Assembly: GCA_013813875.1 (NCBI GenBank)
Contig: JACCQZ010000098.1
Coordinates: forward strand, 1 to 53,677
Length of the DNA: 53,677 nt
Direction: 5' to 3'
Source of the DNA: Gemmatimonadales bacterium
Lineage (GTDB): Bacteria; Gemmatimonadota; Gemmatimonadetes; Gemmatimonadales; GWC2-71-9
Shown one piece after another: positions 8,603 through 17,805 of the stretch (position 1 is the first letter of the stretch; each line of letters begins with the position of its first letter). The notes under the pieces were generated by a model. That model did not search any database and had not been told where the DNA came from. It saw only the letters and a list, made by a program, of their open reading frames with translations. Position numbers and translations under genes: made by a program.

Positions 8603-9544
8603 TCAGTCGGTCACTACGTGGTCAGGCAGCACGTAGCGCAGGGGGTCCACCGCCCGTCCATTCACGTGCACCTCGTAATGCAGGTGGGGGCCCGTGGCCA
8701 GGCCGCTGTTGCCCACCAACGCGATCTTCTGTCCCCGCTTGACCCGCTGGCCGCTGCCCACCACGATCTTCGAGGCGTGGGCAAACTTGGTCATGACCCC
8801 GAATCCGTGATCAATCGTAACCGTATTGCCGTATCCCGACTCCCAGCCCGCATCGGTTACCACGCCCGTGGCCGGTGCCTCGATGGGCGTGCCCATCGGC
8901 GCGGTGACATCAATGCCTTCGTGCGGCCGGGCCAGATGGAGGATAGGATGTGAGCGCATCGAGGAGAACGCGCTGGAGAGCCAGCCCTGGGTCGGCATGA
9001 TGGAAGGTGTCGCGGCCAGGCGGGCGGAGTGGATTGCCAGACTGTCGGCCGCCTCCTCGAACGATGATGCCAGCAGGTTGGCGCGGCGGATCAGCGCGTT
9101 GAGATCTACCCGGATCTCGTACGAGCGGTCTATGGCGCCACCCGATTCTCCGGGCCCAGGGCGAGAAGCGAGGGTAGGTCCGCCGATGCCCGCTGCCTGC
9201 ACCTGGGGATCTATCGGCTCGAGGTTGGCCAGTACCCGGATGCGGGCGTCTCGCTGGGATATACGGGTGATGGTGTCGGCCAGCAGAGACAGCCGGCCGT
9301 ACAGCTCGCCCATTTCCTGGGTCAACACCGAGTTCTCATGGGCCAGTCGGGCGCTGCGCGAAAGATCGGCGGTGCGCGAGATAGTGATGTAGCCGACTAT
9401 CAAGGCGATAGCTACGGCCGTCGCCACGCCTGCTGCCATCATCTTCAACACGCTGTAGGAGACCTCGATGACTTTCGAGGGCTCCGACCCGTGCGGAACT
9501 AAGACGACGGTCCAGCGGCGTTTGGACATCCAGCTCTCTTTCAT
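8603..9544 (-). CDS. M23 family metallopeptidase (LytM-like) with N-terminal TM and coiled coil
   Basis: C-terminal HEGIDVTAP...GNTVTIDHG...GNSGLATGPHLHYEVHVNG motifs. The start could instead be the internal ATG 15 nt downstream. Confidence 0.85.
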   Translation of the reverse strand: MKESWMSKRRWTVVLVPHGSEPSKVIEVSYSVLKMMAAGVATAVAIALIVGYITISRTADLSRSARLAHENSVLTQEMGELYGRLSLLADTITRISQRDARIRVLANLEPIDPQVQAAGIGGPTLASRPGPGESGGAIDRSYEIRVDLNALIRRANLLASSFEEAADSLAIHSARLAATPSIMPTQGWLSSAFSSMRSHPILHLARPHEGIDVTAPMGTPIEAPATGVVTDAGWESGYGNTVTIDHGFGVMTKFAHASKIVVGSGQRVKRGQKIALVGNSGLATGPHLHYEVHVNGRAVDPLRYVLPDHVVTD

Positions 9545-9730
9545 TCGGTTGATGCCAGCGAAACAGACTGCAGGCCGACCCGGTAATGTGGCGAATTGCC
9601 GATTGCCGAGGGGTGACCTGAGTCACGGGACTGCGCCTATATTTGCCATCGGCACCCTCGATGTCAAGAGTGCGAAGAATCGCATAACTCTTTGACTGTC
9701 AAATAGTTTTGATGTCTCTACTGCTAAGCT

Positions 9731-11242
9731 CTACACCGTGACCGGCTTGGGAAAGAGTGCCTCAGGTTTGTACGTGGTCGACCCCGCGAGGGGCGGCTCC
9801 TCGAGCGAACTCCAGGAGGTCCGGGACACTTCGCCCGACAAGCCCAACGCCTGCCACAGCGCCTGAGCCTTGCCCGGAATGAAGGGGCTGGTGAGCACCG
9901 CCAGGCGATAGAGCACCCGGGCCAGGGCAGCCAGTATCTGATCGAGCTCTGCCTCCTTGCCCTCCTTGGCCACCTTCCATGGCGCCGTCTGCTGAATGTA
10001 CAGATTGGCGGCTCCCACCAGTGCCCACGCGGATTCGGCGCCTTCCCTCAGATCCAGCTCGTCCATGGCGCGGCTGTAACTGGCCACTGTGTCCCGTCCC
10101 GCCTGATCGAGCGGCGTAGCGGGCGCGCTCGGAACCGCTCCGGCGCGGTACTTGGCCAACATGGCCAGCGAGCGCGAGGCGAGATTGCCCAGGCCGTCGG
10201 CCAGATCCGCGGTGTAGCGCTCGTCGAATCGCTCCCAGGTGAAGTTGCCGTCGGCCTCGAATCCCACCTCCCGCAGCAGAAAGTATCGCAAGGCATCGGG
10301 GCCGTGGCGGCCGATAGCCTCGCCCAGGCTCACCGCCGTTCCCGCCGTTTTCGACATCTTGGTGCCTTCCCACTGTACGTATCCGTGGGCCCAGACCTCC
10401 AGCGGCAAGGCCAACCCGGCGCTGAATAGCATGGCAGGCCAGATCACACAGTGAAAGCGGGTAATCCCTTTGCCGATCACATGGAGGTCTGCCGGCCAGA
10501 GCCGCTGGTATCCCGGCGCGGGGAATCCGGTGGCCGAGAGATAGTTGATCAGGGCGTCGAACCAGACGTAGACCGTCTGCTCGGGATCGCCGGGGAAGGG
10601 AATTCCCCAGGCGAGCCGTTGGCGCGACACCGAGATGTCCTGCAACCCGTCTTCCAGCAGGCGAACGATCTCGTTGCGCCGGATCGCCGGCTCGACCCGC
10701 AGCTCGCCCGAGCGGATGCGCTCGAGCAGTGGGTCCCGATAGCGGCTCAGCCGGAAGAAATAATTTCGCTCGCGGGTAGGAATCAGCTCCAGCGTGGGGT
10801 GCTCGATGCAGCGCCCGTCCACGGTCTGGGCCGGCTGCTTGAACTCCTCGCACCCGATGCAGTAGAGCCCTTCGTACTCGCCGGCGAAGAGGTCCTCGGG
10901 ATTGTTTCTCCGGATCAGCTCCAACAGCGCCGTCACTCCCTCCCGATGCCTGACTTCCGTGGTGCGGATCCAGTCGTCGTGGCTGCATTCGAGCCGGCGC
11001 CAGTAATCTTCGAACCGCTCCGCCATCCGGTCCACCCAATCCTGGGGCGAGCTGCCGTTCTGTTCCGCCGCCTGCAGCACCGCCTGCGAGTGCTCGTCCA
11101 TCCCCATCAGAAAGTGGACCTCGTCCCCCCGGAGCCGGCGGTAGCGGGCAATGCAGTCCGCGCCCACCTTCTCCAGCGCGTGCCCCAGGTGGGGATCGCC
11201 GTTGGAGTAGTCAATGGCCGTGGTCAGGTAGAACTTGGACAC
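9731..11242 (-). CDS. metG: methionine--tRNA ligase
   Basis: 503 aa. DYSNGDPHLGHALE (HIGH-type) and KMSKT motifs, in the short-form MetRS architecture. Confidence 0.95.
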   Translation of the reverse strand: MSKFYLTTAIDYSNGDPHLGHALEKVGADCIARYRRLRGDEVHFLMGMDEHSQAVLQAAEQNGSSPQDWVDRMAERFEDYWRRLECSHDDWIRTTEVRHREGVTALLELIRRNNPEDLFAGEYEGLYCIGCEEFKQPAQTVDGRCIEHPTLELIPTRERNYFFRLSRYRDPLLERIRSGELRVEPAIRRNEIVRLLEDGLQDISVSRQRLAWGIPFPGDPEQTVYVWFDALINYLSATGFPAPGYQRLWPADLHVIGKGITRFHCVIWPAMLFSAGLALPLEVWAHGYVQWEGTKMSKTAGTAVSLGEAIGRHGPDALRYFLLREVGFEADGNFTWERFDERYTADLADGLGNLASRSLAMLAKYRAGAVPSAPATPLDQAGRDTVASYSRAMDELDLREGAESAWALVGAANLYIQQTAPWKVAKEGKEAELDQILAALARVLYRLAVLTSPFIPGKAQALWQALGLSGEVSRTSWSSLEEPPLAGSTTYKPEALFPKPVTV

Positions 11243-11319
11243 TCGAGGCTCCCGGACGAACCGATCTCAGCAGAGGTTGTGGCACGCGTTCATGAGAATG
11301 TTAACGGGGTCGCGGCCCT

Positions 11320-11384
11320 GTCACCCTGAACGCAGTGAAGGGGCATGCGCTGAGGAATGCCCCCTTCGCTCCGCTCAGGGTGAC
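11320..11384. repeat. family A palindromic repeat, copy A1
   Basis: GTCACCCTGAACGCAGTGAAGGGGC-loop-GCCCCCTTCGCTCCGCTCAGGGTGAC. Near-identical arms recur at six other sites in the window. Confidence 0.9.
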
Positions 11385-11395
11385 GAGCCAAGTAT

Positions 11396-11419
11396 CTGTG
11401 CCTCTGTGCCTCTGTGGTG
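11396..11419 (-). repeat. family E short repeat, copy E1
   Basis: The reverse complement CACCACAGAGGCACAGAGGCACAG matches 48728-48764 (CACCACAGAGGCTACAGAGGACACG...). Confidence 0.6.
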
Positions 11420-11431
11420 TGCAGTGCCGCT

Positions 11432-12448
11432 TTACCCCGGCGGCCCACCGCGACGACGCCGCCGGCGGGAGGACATCAGACCCGCCGTACCCTCCGCGGG
11501 CGCCTCCGGCTGCAAGGGCGAGTCGGGTGCCGCGGCGGTGGCGGTGTTCCCTGCGCTCGCGATCCGGTCGCGATACTCGGCGGTGATGAGCACCTCGCCG
11601 AGGCGCTCCACTTCTTCCTGGAGCTGCACCAGCGGGATGATGCGCGAGCCCTGCTCGTCGCTCCGCAGGAACACCCGTTCGCGGAAGATGTCCACCGCGA
11701 CCACCTTCTCCACCCCGATGGCGGTATTGATCGTTTTTCCTTCCTTGGGGAAACGCCGGCGGGTGGTGACGTAGAACTCGTGCTCGTACTTGAGACAGCA
11801 GAGCAGCCGGCCGCAGCCGCCGGAGATCTGCGCCGGGTTGAGCGAGAGGTGCTGGTCCTTGGCCAGGCCGAGGTTGACCGGCGAGAGCTCGGTGAGCCAG
11901 GTGGAGCAGCAGTACTCCCGCCCACAGCGCCCAACCCCGGAGAGTCGAGCCGCCTCGTCCCGCACGCCGATCTGGCGCAGCTCGATGCGGGTGCGGAAGG
12001 TGGACGCGAGGTCGCGCACCAGCGCCCGAAAGTCCACCCGCTTATCGGCCGTGAAGTAGATGGTCAGCTTGTTGCGGTCCCACTGCCACTCGGTATCGCT
12101 CACCTTCATGATCAGCTCGTGGGCCCGCACCCGCTGGATCACCTTACGTCGGGCGTCCTCCTCCGACCGGCGGAGCTCGTCCCGGATCAGAAGGTCCTCG
12201 GCGGTGGCCACGCGAAGCACCGATCTCAGCGGCTCCGGCTCCTCGGTCTCGCCGACGGCGCAGCCGGAGCAGCCCGAGGCGCACTTCTTGGCGGCTACAT
12301 CGCCCAGCGCGGTTACCCGCCCGAGGTCGTGTCCCCGCTCGACGTCTACGATGACGTGGCTGCCGACCCGGATGGGATCGCCCTCGCCGGCCCAGGTGAA
12401 GTAGGCCTTGCGGGTTCCCTTGAAGCGGACTTCGATGGTCTGGGGCAC
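11432..12448 (-). CDS. PSP1 domain protein (YaaT/RicT-like)
   Basis: 338 aa with the Cys-rich PSP1 core (GRCGREYCCSTWL ... GGCGRLLCCLKYE). The GTG start directly abuts the accA stop. Confidence 0.85.
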   Translation of the reverse strand: MPQTIEVRFKGTRKAYFTWAGEGDPIRVGSHVIVDVERGHDLGRVTALGDVAAKKCASGCSGCAVGETEEPEPLRSVLRVATAEDLLIRDELRRSEEDARRKVIQRVRAHELIMKVSDTEWQWDRNKLTIYFTADKRVDFRALVRDLASTFRTRIELRQIGVRDEAARLSGVGRCGREYCCSTWLTELSPVNLGLAKDQHLSLNPAQISGGCGRLLCCLKYEHEFYVTTRRRFPKEGKTINTAIGVEKVVAVDIFRERVFLRSDEQGSRIIPLVQLQEEVERLGEVLITAEYRDRIASAGNTATAAAPDSPLQPEAPAEGTAGLMSSRRRRRRGGPPG

Positions 12449-13411
12449 TCAGCTCTCGGCGTGGGCGCCCATGGCGCCGTACTTGTCCGCCCGCCTGCGT
12501 ACCAATTTGTCGGGCCGGACCTTTCGCAGCTCGCTCACGTGGCGGATCAGCGCTTCCCTCAGCGCCTCACCGGTGGCGTCGGGATCAATGTGGGCTCCGC
12601 CGACGGGCTCCTTCACGATCTCGTCAATGACCTTGAGGCGCAGCAGGTCCTCGGCGGTGATCTTGAGCGCGTCGGCCGCCCGCTCGCGCTGACTGGCATC
12701 CTTCCACAGAATGGCGGCGCACCCTTCGGGAGAGATGACCGAGTAGACCGAGTTCTCCAGCATGAGGATCCGGTCGGCCACACCCAGGGCGAGCGCGCCG
12801 CCCGAGCCCCCCTCCCCGATCACCACCGCGACCACCGGCGTGGCCAGGCTCGACATCTCCAGAATGTTGCGGGCGAGCGCCTGGCTCTGGCCCCGCTCCT
12901 CCGCGCCCAGCCCGGGGTAGGCTCCCGGCGTATCAATGAGGGTGATGACCGGCGCGCTGAATTTGGCCGCGAGCTGCATCATGCGGAGCGCCTTGCGGTA
13001 ACCCTCGGGATGCGGCATCCCGAAGTTCCGCTTGAGATTCTCCTTGGTGTCGCGGCCCTTCTGGTGGCCGATCACCATCACCGACACCCCGCTCAGCCTG
13101 GCCCACCCGCCGACGATGGCGGAGTCGTCCATGTAGAGCCGGTCGCCGTGGAGCTCGATGAAGTCGGTGAAGATGGTGCTGAGGTAATCGAGGGTGTACG
13201 GGCGGCGGGGATGGCGGGCCACCATGACCCGCTGGATCGGCGTCAGGTTGCGATAGATGTCAGCCCGCAGCGATTCCAGTTTGATCTGCAGGCCGTCCAA
13301 CTCGCCGTCAATGTCAATCTGGCGCTCCGTCCCGATCCGCTTCAAGTCGTCTATCTCGCGCTCCAGCTCGAGGAGCGGCTTCTCGAACTCCAGCGTGTAA
13401 GCTGAGGCCAT
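12449..13411 (-). CDS. accA: acetyl-CoA carboxylase carboxyltransferase subunit alpha
   Basis: The ATG at 13411 gives MASAYTLEFEKPLLELEREI.... Conserved HPRRPYTLDY, TPGAYPG and GEGGSGGALA motifs. The upstream part of ORF 12449..13549 is Arg/Pro junk overlapping dnaE. Confidence 0.95.
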   Translation of the reverse strand: MASAYTLEFEKPLLELEREIDDLKRIGTERQIDIDGELDGLQIKLESLRADIYRNLTPIQRVMVARHPRRPYTLDYLSTIFTDFIELHGDRLYMDDSAIVGGWARLSGVSVMVIGHQKGRDTKENLKRNFGMPHPEGYRKALRMMQLAAKFSAPVITLIDTPGAYPGLGAEERGQSQALARNILEMSSLATPVVAVVIGEGGSGGALALGVADRILMLENSVYSVISPEGCAAILWKDASQRERAADALKITAEDLLRLKVIDEIVKEPVGGAHIDPDATGEALREALIRHVSELRKVRPDKLVRRRADKYGAMGAHAES

Positions 13412-13416
13412 TCGAG

Positions 13417-16400
13417 TTATCCCGCCTTGACGTAGTGGACGGATTCGCTGCCGAGGAGGTCGCGCAAAGCTCGGACGAGATCGTCCTCCGCCGCGACGCG
13501 GACGCGGCGGGAGCGGAGACGGATGGCCTCTCCGTTTCCGTCGCTCCACTCAATATAGAGCGGCGTCGGACCCGGGTGCGCCGAACAGAGCGCGGCGGCG
13601 GCCCTCAGCTTCTCGGGCGGCGGCGCGCTGGGCGATCGCCAGCGGAGGCTCAAGGCCACCGCCCCGGAGCCCTTGAGCTGGTCCAGCGGCCGGGCCGTCT
13701 CCACGATGAACGGCGCGTGATCTTCTCCCCGGTCGCGGTCGCTGTAGCCGCCGGTGAGCAGGAGCGCCGCGTCGGGCAGGATGATCTGGTTGAGCTTGGC
13801 CCAGGCGTCGGGAAACACGATCGCTTCGGCGGTGCCGTGGAAATCTTCCAACACCAGCCGCGCGTACTCCTTGCCGCTCTTTTTTGAGATTTGCCGCTTG
13901 ACCGCCGTCACCACCGCGGCGACGCTCACCTGGTGCTCGCTCCATTCCCCCAGCGTGGCGATGGTGCGGGTACCGAAGAGCTCGACTTCATCCCGGAATC
14001 GCTCCAAGGGGTGGCCCGAGATGAAGAAGCCGAGGACCTCCTTCTCCTTGGCTAGCCGTTCCGCCTCGCTCCAGGCGGGCAGGTCGGGAAGAGCTGTTCT
14101 GCCCCGATGTCCCGCCGCCTCCCGGCCGGGCTCGGCGCCGTCTCCAAAGAGCGAGGTCTGTCCCGCTTCCCGCTCCTGCTGCAGCAGCTGCGCTTCGGCC
14201 AGCGCCGGCTCCAGCGCCTCCACCAGTTGCTTGCGGTGGCCCCCCAGGGAATCGCAGGCGCCGGCCGCCACCAGGGACTCGAGCACCCGCTTGTTGCAGA
14301 GCCGGAGGTCGAGCCGCTCCACCAGGTCGGGCACCGTCGTGTAGGGCGCCGAGCGCCGACCCTCGATGATTGATTCGATGGCGCCTTCACCCACGTTTCG
14401 CACCGCGCCCAGTCCGAAGCGGATGCGCCGCTCGCCAACGACGGTAAACTTGAAGCCCGACTCGTTGACGTCCGGCGGCAGGATCTCCAGTCCGAGCTCG
14501 CGGGCCTCGTTGATGTATTGCACCACCTTGTCGGTGTTGCCGATTTCCGACGAGAGCAGCGCCGCCATGAACTCGGCGGGGTAGTAGGCTTTGAGCCAGG
14601 CGGTCTGAAAGCTGAGGATCGAGTAGGCCACCGAGTGCGACTTGTTGAACCCGTAGCGCCCGAAGGTCTCGATCTGCGCCGCGAGATCGTCCACCAGCTT
14701 TCTGGGGTGGCCCAGCGCCGTTGCCCGCTCGCAGAACTTGCCCAGCTCCTTCCGAATCAGCTCGGCATCCTTCTTTCCCACCGCCTTGCGGAGCACGTCG
14801 GCTTCGGCGAGGCTGAAGCCGGCGAGCACGTTGGCGATCCGCATCACCTGTTCCTGGTAGGTGATGACCCCGTATGTCGGCTCCAGCACGTCCTTGAGCG
14901 AGGGGTGCGGGTAGCTGACCTTCTCCAAGCCCAGCTTCCGCCGGATGAACACCGTGTGCATGCCGGCATCGAGCGGGCCGGGGCGGAGCAGCGCATTGGA
15001 GGCGACCAGGTCGTCGAACCGGTCGCACCGCATGGCGCGCAGAGTGTCGGTGGCCAACGGCGACTCGAATTGGAACACCCCGGCCGTGCGCCCCTCCCGC
15101 AGCAGCTCGTAGACCTTGGGGTCGTCGAAGTCGAGCGCGTCCATGTCGGGCCGCACCCCGTGCAGCTCAGCGATCATGTTGACCGCATCGTGGATCACGG
15201 TGAGGGTCTTGAGGCCCAGCATGTCCATCTTGAGCATGCCGACCTTTTCCAGCGCACCCATCTCGTACTGGGTGATGATCGCCTCTTCCCCCTCCGACCC
15301 GTTGGCCTCGCTTCTCCCCCGCGTGGCTGGTGCCGTGCAGACGGGCACGTACTCCGAGAGCGGGCCCGGGGCGATGACGACGCCGGCTGCGTGCACCGAC
15401 ATGTGGCGGGAGATGCCCTCGATCCGCCCGCTCAGATCCACCAGGCGCTGGTAGACGGGATTGCCCCGCACCAACTCCTTCATCTCGTCAACCTTCTCGG
15501 CCGCGACCCGCACCGTGAGGTTGTAGGCCGGGCCCGAAGGAATCAGCTTGGTGATCCGGTCGGCCTCGCCGGGGGGAATGCGCAGCACCCGGGCGACGTC
15601 CTTGACCGCCGCCCGGGCCTTCAAGGTGCCGAAGGTGACGATCTGCCCCACGCTGGCGCGCCCGTAGCGCTCCCGCACATACTCGATCACCTCGCCGCGG
15701 CGCTCGAAGCAGAAGTCCACGTCAATGTCGGGCATTGACACCCGTTCGGGATTGAGAAAGCGCTCGAAGAGCAGGTCGTACTTGAGGGGACAGACGTTGG
15801 TGATCCCGACCGCGTATGCCACGATCGAGCCCGCCGCCGAGCCGCGGCCGGGCCCCACGGGGATCCCGCGCTCCCTTGCCGCCGCGATGAAGTCCTGGAC
15901 GATGAGGAAGTAGCCGGCGTAGCCCGCGGTGTTGATCACCCGAAGCTCGTACGCCAGCCGGTCCTCCACCGCCGCCGGCAGCGGCGTACCATACCGCCGC
16001 TCGGCGCCTTCGCGCGCCAGATGATCCAGCAGCGCCTCGTCGCTGGCGTACGCGGCGGGGCGGGGAAAGCTGGGGAGGTAGTAGCGCTTCTCGAAGTCGA
16101 ACTCGCAGCGATCGGCTACCGCCTGGGTGTTGGCCAGCGCCTCTTCATGATCGGGAAAGAGCGCGCGCATCTCGCGCTCGGACTTGACGTACGACTCCTG
16201 CCCCAGAAAGCGGAAGCGCTTGGGGTCATCGAGGTCGCTGCCGGTGCCGATGGCGAGCAGCACGTCATGAGCTTCGGCGTCTTCCCGCCGGAGATAGTGC
16301 GCGTCGTTGGTGGCCACCACACCCAGGCCCAGTTCCTGGCCCAGCTTGAGCATACCTTCGGTGACCAGCCGCTCTTCGGCGATGCCGTGCTGCTGGATCT

Positions 16401-16923
16401 CGAGCCAGAAGCCGCCGGGCCCGAAGGTCCGGGCGAACCACTCGGCGCTCTGCCGCGCCTGGTCGTACTTCCCCTGGCGCAGGTAGAGCGCCACCTCGCC
16501 CGAGAGGCAGGCCGCGAGACAGACGATTCCCTCCGAGTGCTCCTGCAGCACCTCCCGGTCAATCCTCGGCCGCCGGTAAAAGCCTTCGGTGTAACCGATC
16601 GAGGTGAGACGCACCAGGTTGCGATAGCCGGCCTGGTTTCGCGCCAGAAGTACGAGGTGGCTGTACGCCGCCGGAGCCCAGGTCGGCCGCTCGCGCGCCT
16701 GGCGGGGGCCGAAAGCCATATAGGCCTCGAAGCCCAGGATGGGCCGGATATTCTGCGCCCTGGCCTCTTCGTAGAAGTCCCAGGCCGCGTGCATGTTGCC
16801 GTGATCGGTGACGGCCAGGCTGTCCATGCCCAGCTTCTTGACGTGCGCCACCAGATCCTCGATCCGGTTGGCCCCGTCGAGCAGAGAGTATTCGCTGTGG
16901 GTGTGGAGGTGGACGAAAGACAT
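13417..16923 (-). CDS. dnaE: DNA polymerase III subunit alpha
   Basis: 1168 aa. PHP-domain N-terminus MSFVHLHTHSEYSLLDG, the polymerase core (PDIDVDF) and an OB-fold C-terminus. Confidence 0.97.
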   Translation of the reverse strand: MSFVHLHTHSEYSLLDGANRIEDLVAHVKKLGMDSLAVTDHGNMHAAWDFYEEARAQNIRPILGFEAYMAFGPRQARERPTWAPAAYSHLVLLARNQAGYRNLVRLTSIGYTEGFYRRPRIDREVLQEHSEGIVCLAACLSGEVALYLRQGKYDQARQSAEWFARTFGPGGFWLEIQQHGIAEERLVTEGMLKLGQELGLGVVATNDAHYLRREDAEAHDVLLAIGTGSDLDDPKRFRFLGQESYVKSEREMRALFPDHEEALANTQAVADRCEFDFEKRYYLPSFPRPAAYASDEALLDHLAREGAERRYGTPLPAAVEDRLAYELRVINTAGYAGYFLIVQDFIAAARERGIPVGPGRGSAAGSIVAYAVGITNVCPLKYDLLFERFLNPERVSMPDIDVDFCFERRGEVIEYVRERYGRASVGQIVTFGTLKARAAVKDVARVLRIPPGEADRITKLIPSGPAYNLTVRVAAEKVDEMKELVRGNPVYQRLVDLSGRIEGISRHMSVHAAGVVIAPGPLSEYVPVCTAPATRGRSEANGSEGEEAIITQYEMGALEKVGMLKMDMLGLKTLTVIHDAVNMIAELHGVRPDMDALDFDDPKVYELLREGRTAGVFQFESPLATDTLRAMRCDRFDDLVASNALLRPGPLDAGMHTVFIRRKLGLEKVSYPHPSLKDVLEPTYGVITYQEQVMRIANVLAGFSLAEADVLRKAVGKKDAELIRKELGKFCERATALGHPRKLVDDLAAQIETFGRYGFNKSHSVAYSILSFQTAWLKAYYPAEFMAALLSSEIGNTDKVVQYINEARELGLEILPPDVNESGFKFTVVGERRIRFGLGAVRNVGEGAIESIIEGRRSAPYTTVPDLVERLDLRLCNKRVLESLVAAGACDSLGGHRKQLVEALEPALAEAQLLQQEREAGQTSLFGDGAEPGREAAGHRGRTALPDLPAWSEAERLAKEKEVLGFFISGHPLERFRDEVELFGTRTIATLGEWSEHQVSVAAVVTAVKRQISKKSGKEYARLVLEDFHGTAEAIVFPDAWAKLNQIILPDAALLLTGGYSDRDRGEDHAPFIVETARPLDQLKGSGAVALSLRWRSPSAPPPEKLRAAAALCSAHPGPTPLYIEWSDGNGEAIRLRSRRVRVAAEDDLVRALRDLLGSESVHYVKAG

Positions 16924-16930
16924 TCTAGAT

Positions 16931-17058
16931 AGTTCTAAGTTCTAAGTGCTTGGTGCGAAGTGGGTGGCAAGGGAAAAGTGCGAAAGTTGGCTCCGATTTC
17001 ACTTCCTCTCTTGTCACTTGCCACCCACTGAGCGCTGAGCACTTAGAACCAAGCACTT
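16931..17058. repeat. family C imperfect palindromic element, copy C1
   Basis: TTCTAAG x2, then AGTGGGTGGCAAG (16959-16971) pairing with CTTGCCACCCACT (17017-17029), and CTAAGTGCT (16942-16950) pairing with AGCACTTAG (17038-17046). Shares GGCAAGTG / CACTTGTCAC / AGTGC(G/A)AAAGT motifs with 25815-25938. Confidence 0.7.
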
Positions 17059-17061
17059 TCT

Positions 17062-17748
17062 TCATTCCCTTCCCTCCAACTCCCGCAATACCTCATCCAA
17101 CGTCACTCCGCGAGCCTGCAGCAACACCAGCAGATGATAGAGCAGATCGGCGGCCTCGGATGCCAGGCGGCCGTTGTTCTCCGCATTGGCGGCCACCACC
17201 ACCTCCACCGCCTCCTCCCCGACCTTCTGTGAGAGCTGGGGAACACCCCGGTCGAGTAGAGCGACGGTGTAGGAGCCGGCGGGGCGCTCCAGGGCGCGCC
17301 GGGCGATGGTGCCGGCAAGGCGGGTCAGCAGATGTCCGCCGGGATCCTCGCTGCCTTCCTGCCTCGCCGCCGCCCATATCGCGGTCGAGAAGCAGGTTCG
17401 GGTTCCGACGTGGCACGCCGGTCCCGTCTGCTGGACCCGGTAGAGGATCGTGTCACCGTCGCAATCCACCCGGATCTCGGTGACCCGCTGGACGTGGCCG
17501 GAGGTTTCTCCCTTTTGCCACAGCGTGGCGCGGCTTCTACTGAAGTAGTGGGCGAGGCCGGTGGAGGCAGTGCGCTGGAGCGCCTCGAGGTTGGCATAGG
17601 CCACCATGAGGACGTCACCCGACCGGCTCTCCTGGGCGACCACGGGGACCAGTCCGTCACTCCCGAATCGGACCCCTGACAGCCAGTTGTTCTGGGACAC
17701 GGTGAGAAGGTACCGGAGCCTCGAACGATTGTCAAAAACCGTTGCCAT
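17062..17748 (-). CDS. hisIE: bifunctional phosphoribosyl-AMP cyclohydrolase / phosphoribosyl-ATP diphosphatase
   Basis: HisI core ([22 protein letters not shown]...[12 protein letters not shown]) followed by the HisE helical half ([10 protein letters not shown]...[13 protein letters not shown]). Confidence 0.9.
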   Translation of the reverse strand: MATVFDNRSRLRYLLTVSQNNWLSGVRFGSDGLVPVVAQESRSGDVLMVAYANLEALQRTASTGLAHYFSRSRATLWQKGETSGHVQRVTEIRVDCDGDTILYRVQQTGPACHVGTRTCFSTAIWAAARQEGSEDPGGHLLTRLAGTIARRALERPAGSYTVALLDRGVPQLSQKVGEEAVEVVVAANAENNGRLASEAADLLYHLLVLLQARGVTLDEVLRELEGRE

Positions 17749-17805
17749 TCCTTATCTTGCTGAGATCCTTCCGCCCCCATCCGCAAGGCTCGGAGCATCC
17801 CCATA

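Noticed and set aside
11414-13405. Very long ORFs with no recognisable motifs, for example 11414..13405 (+, 663 aa), 43539..45224 (+, 561 aa), 17929..19716 (-, 595 aa), 51255..52862 (-, 535 aa), 14518..15738 (+), 38131..39522 (+) and 33174..34082 (-).
   Set aside because: Each lies antisense to, or out of frame with, a gene carrying clear family motifs (accA/PSP1, the kinase, the metallopeptidase, POT, dnaE, thiO, MFS). The translations are Arg/Gly/Pro/Ala-rich low-complexity strings typical of stop-codon-poor shadow frames in high-GC DNA.
17093-17416. ORFs containing poly-Gly or poly-Pro runs (for example ...GGGGGGGG... in 17093..17416 and PPPPPPPP in 16950..17483).
   Set aside because: These are alternative-frame or antisense readings of the hisIE coding region (CCACCACCACC-type codon runs) and are not independent genes.
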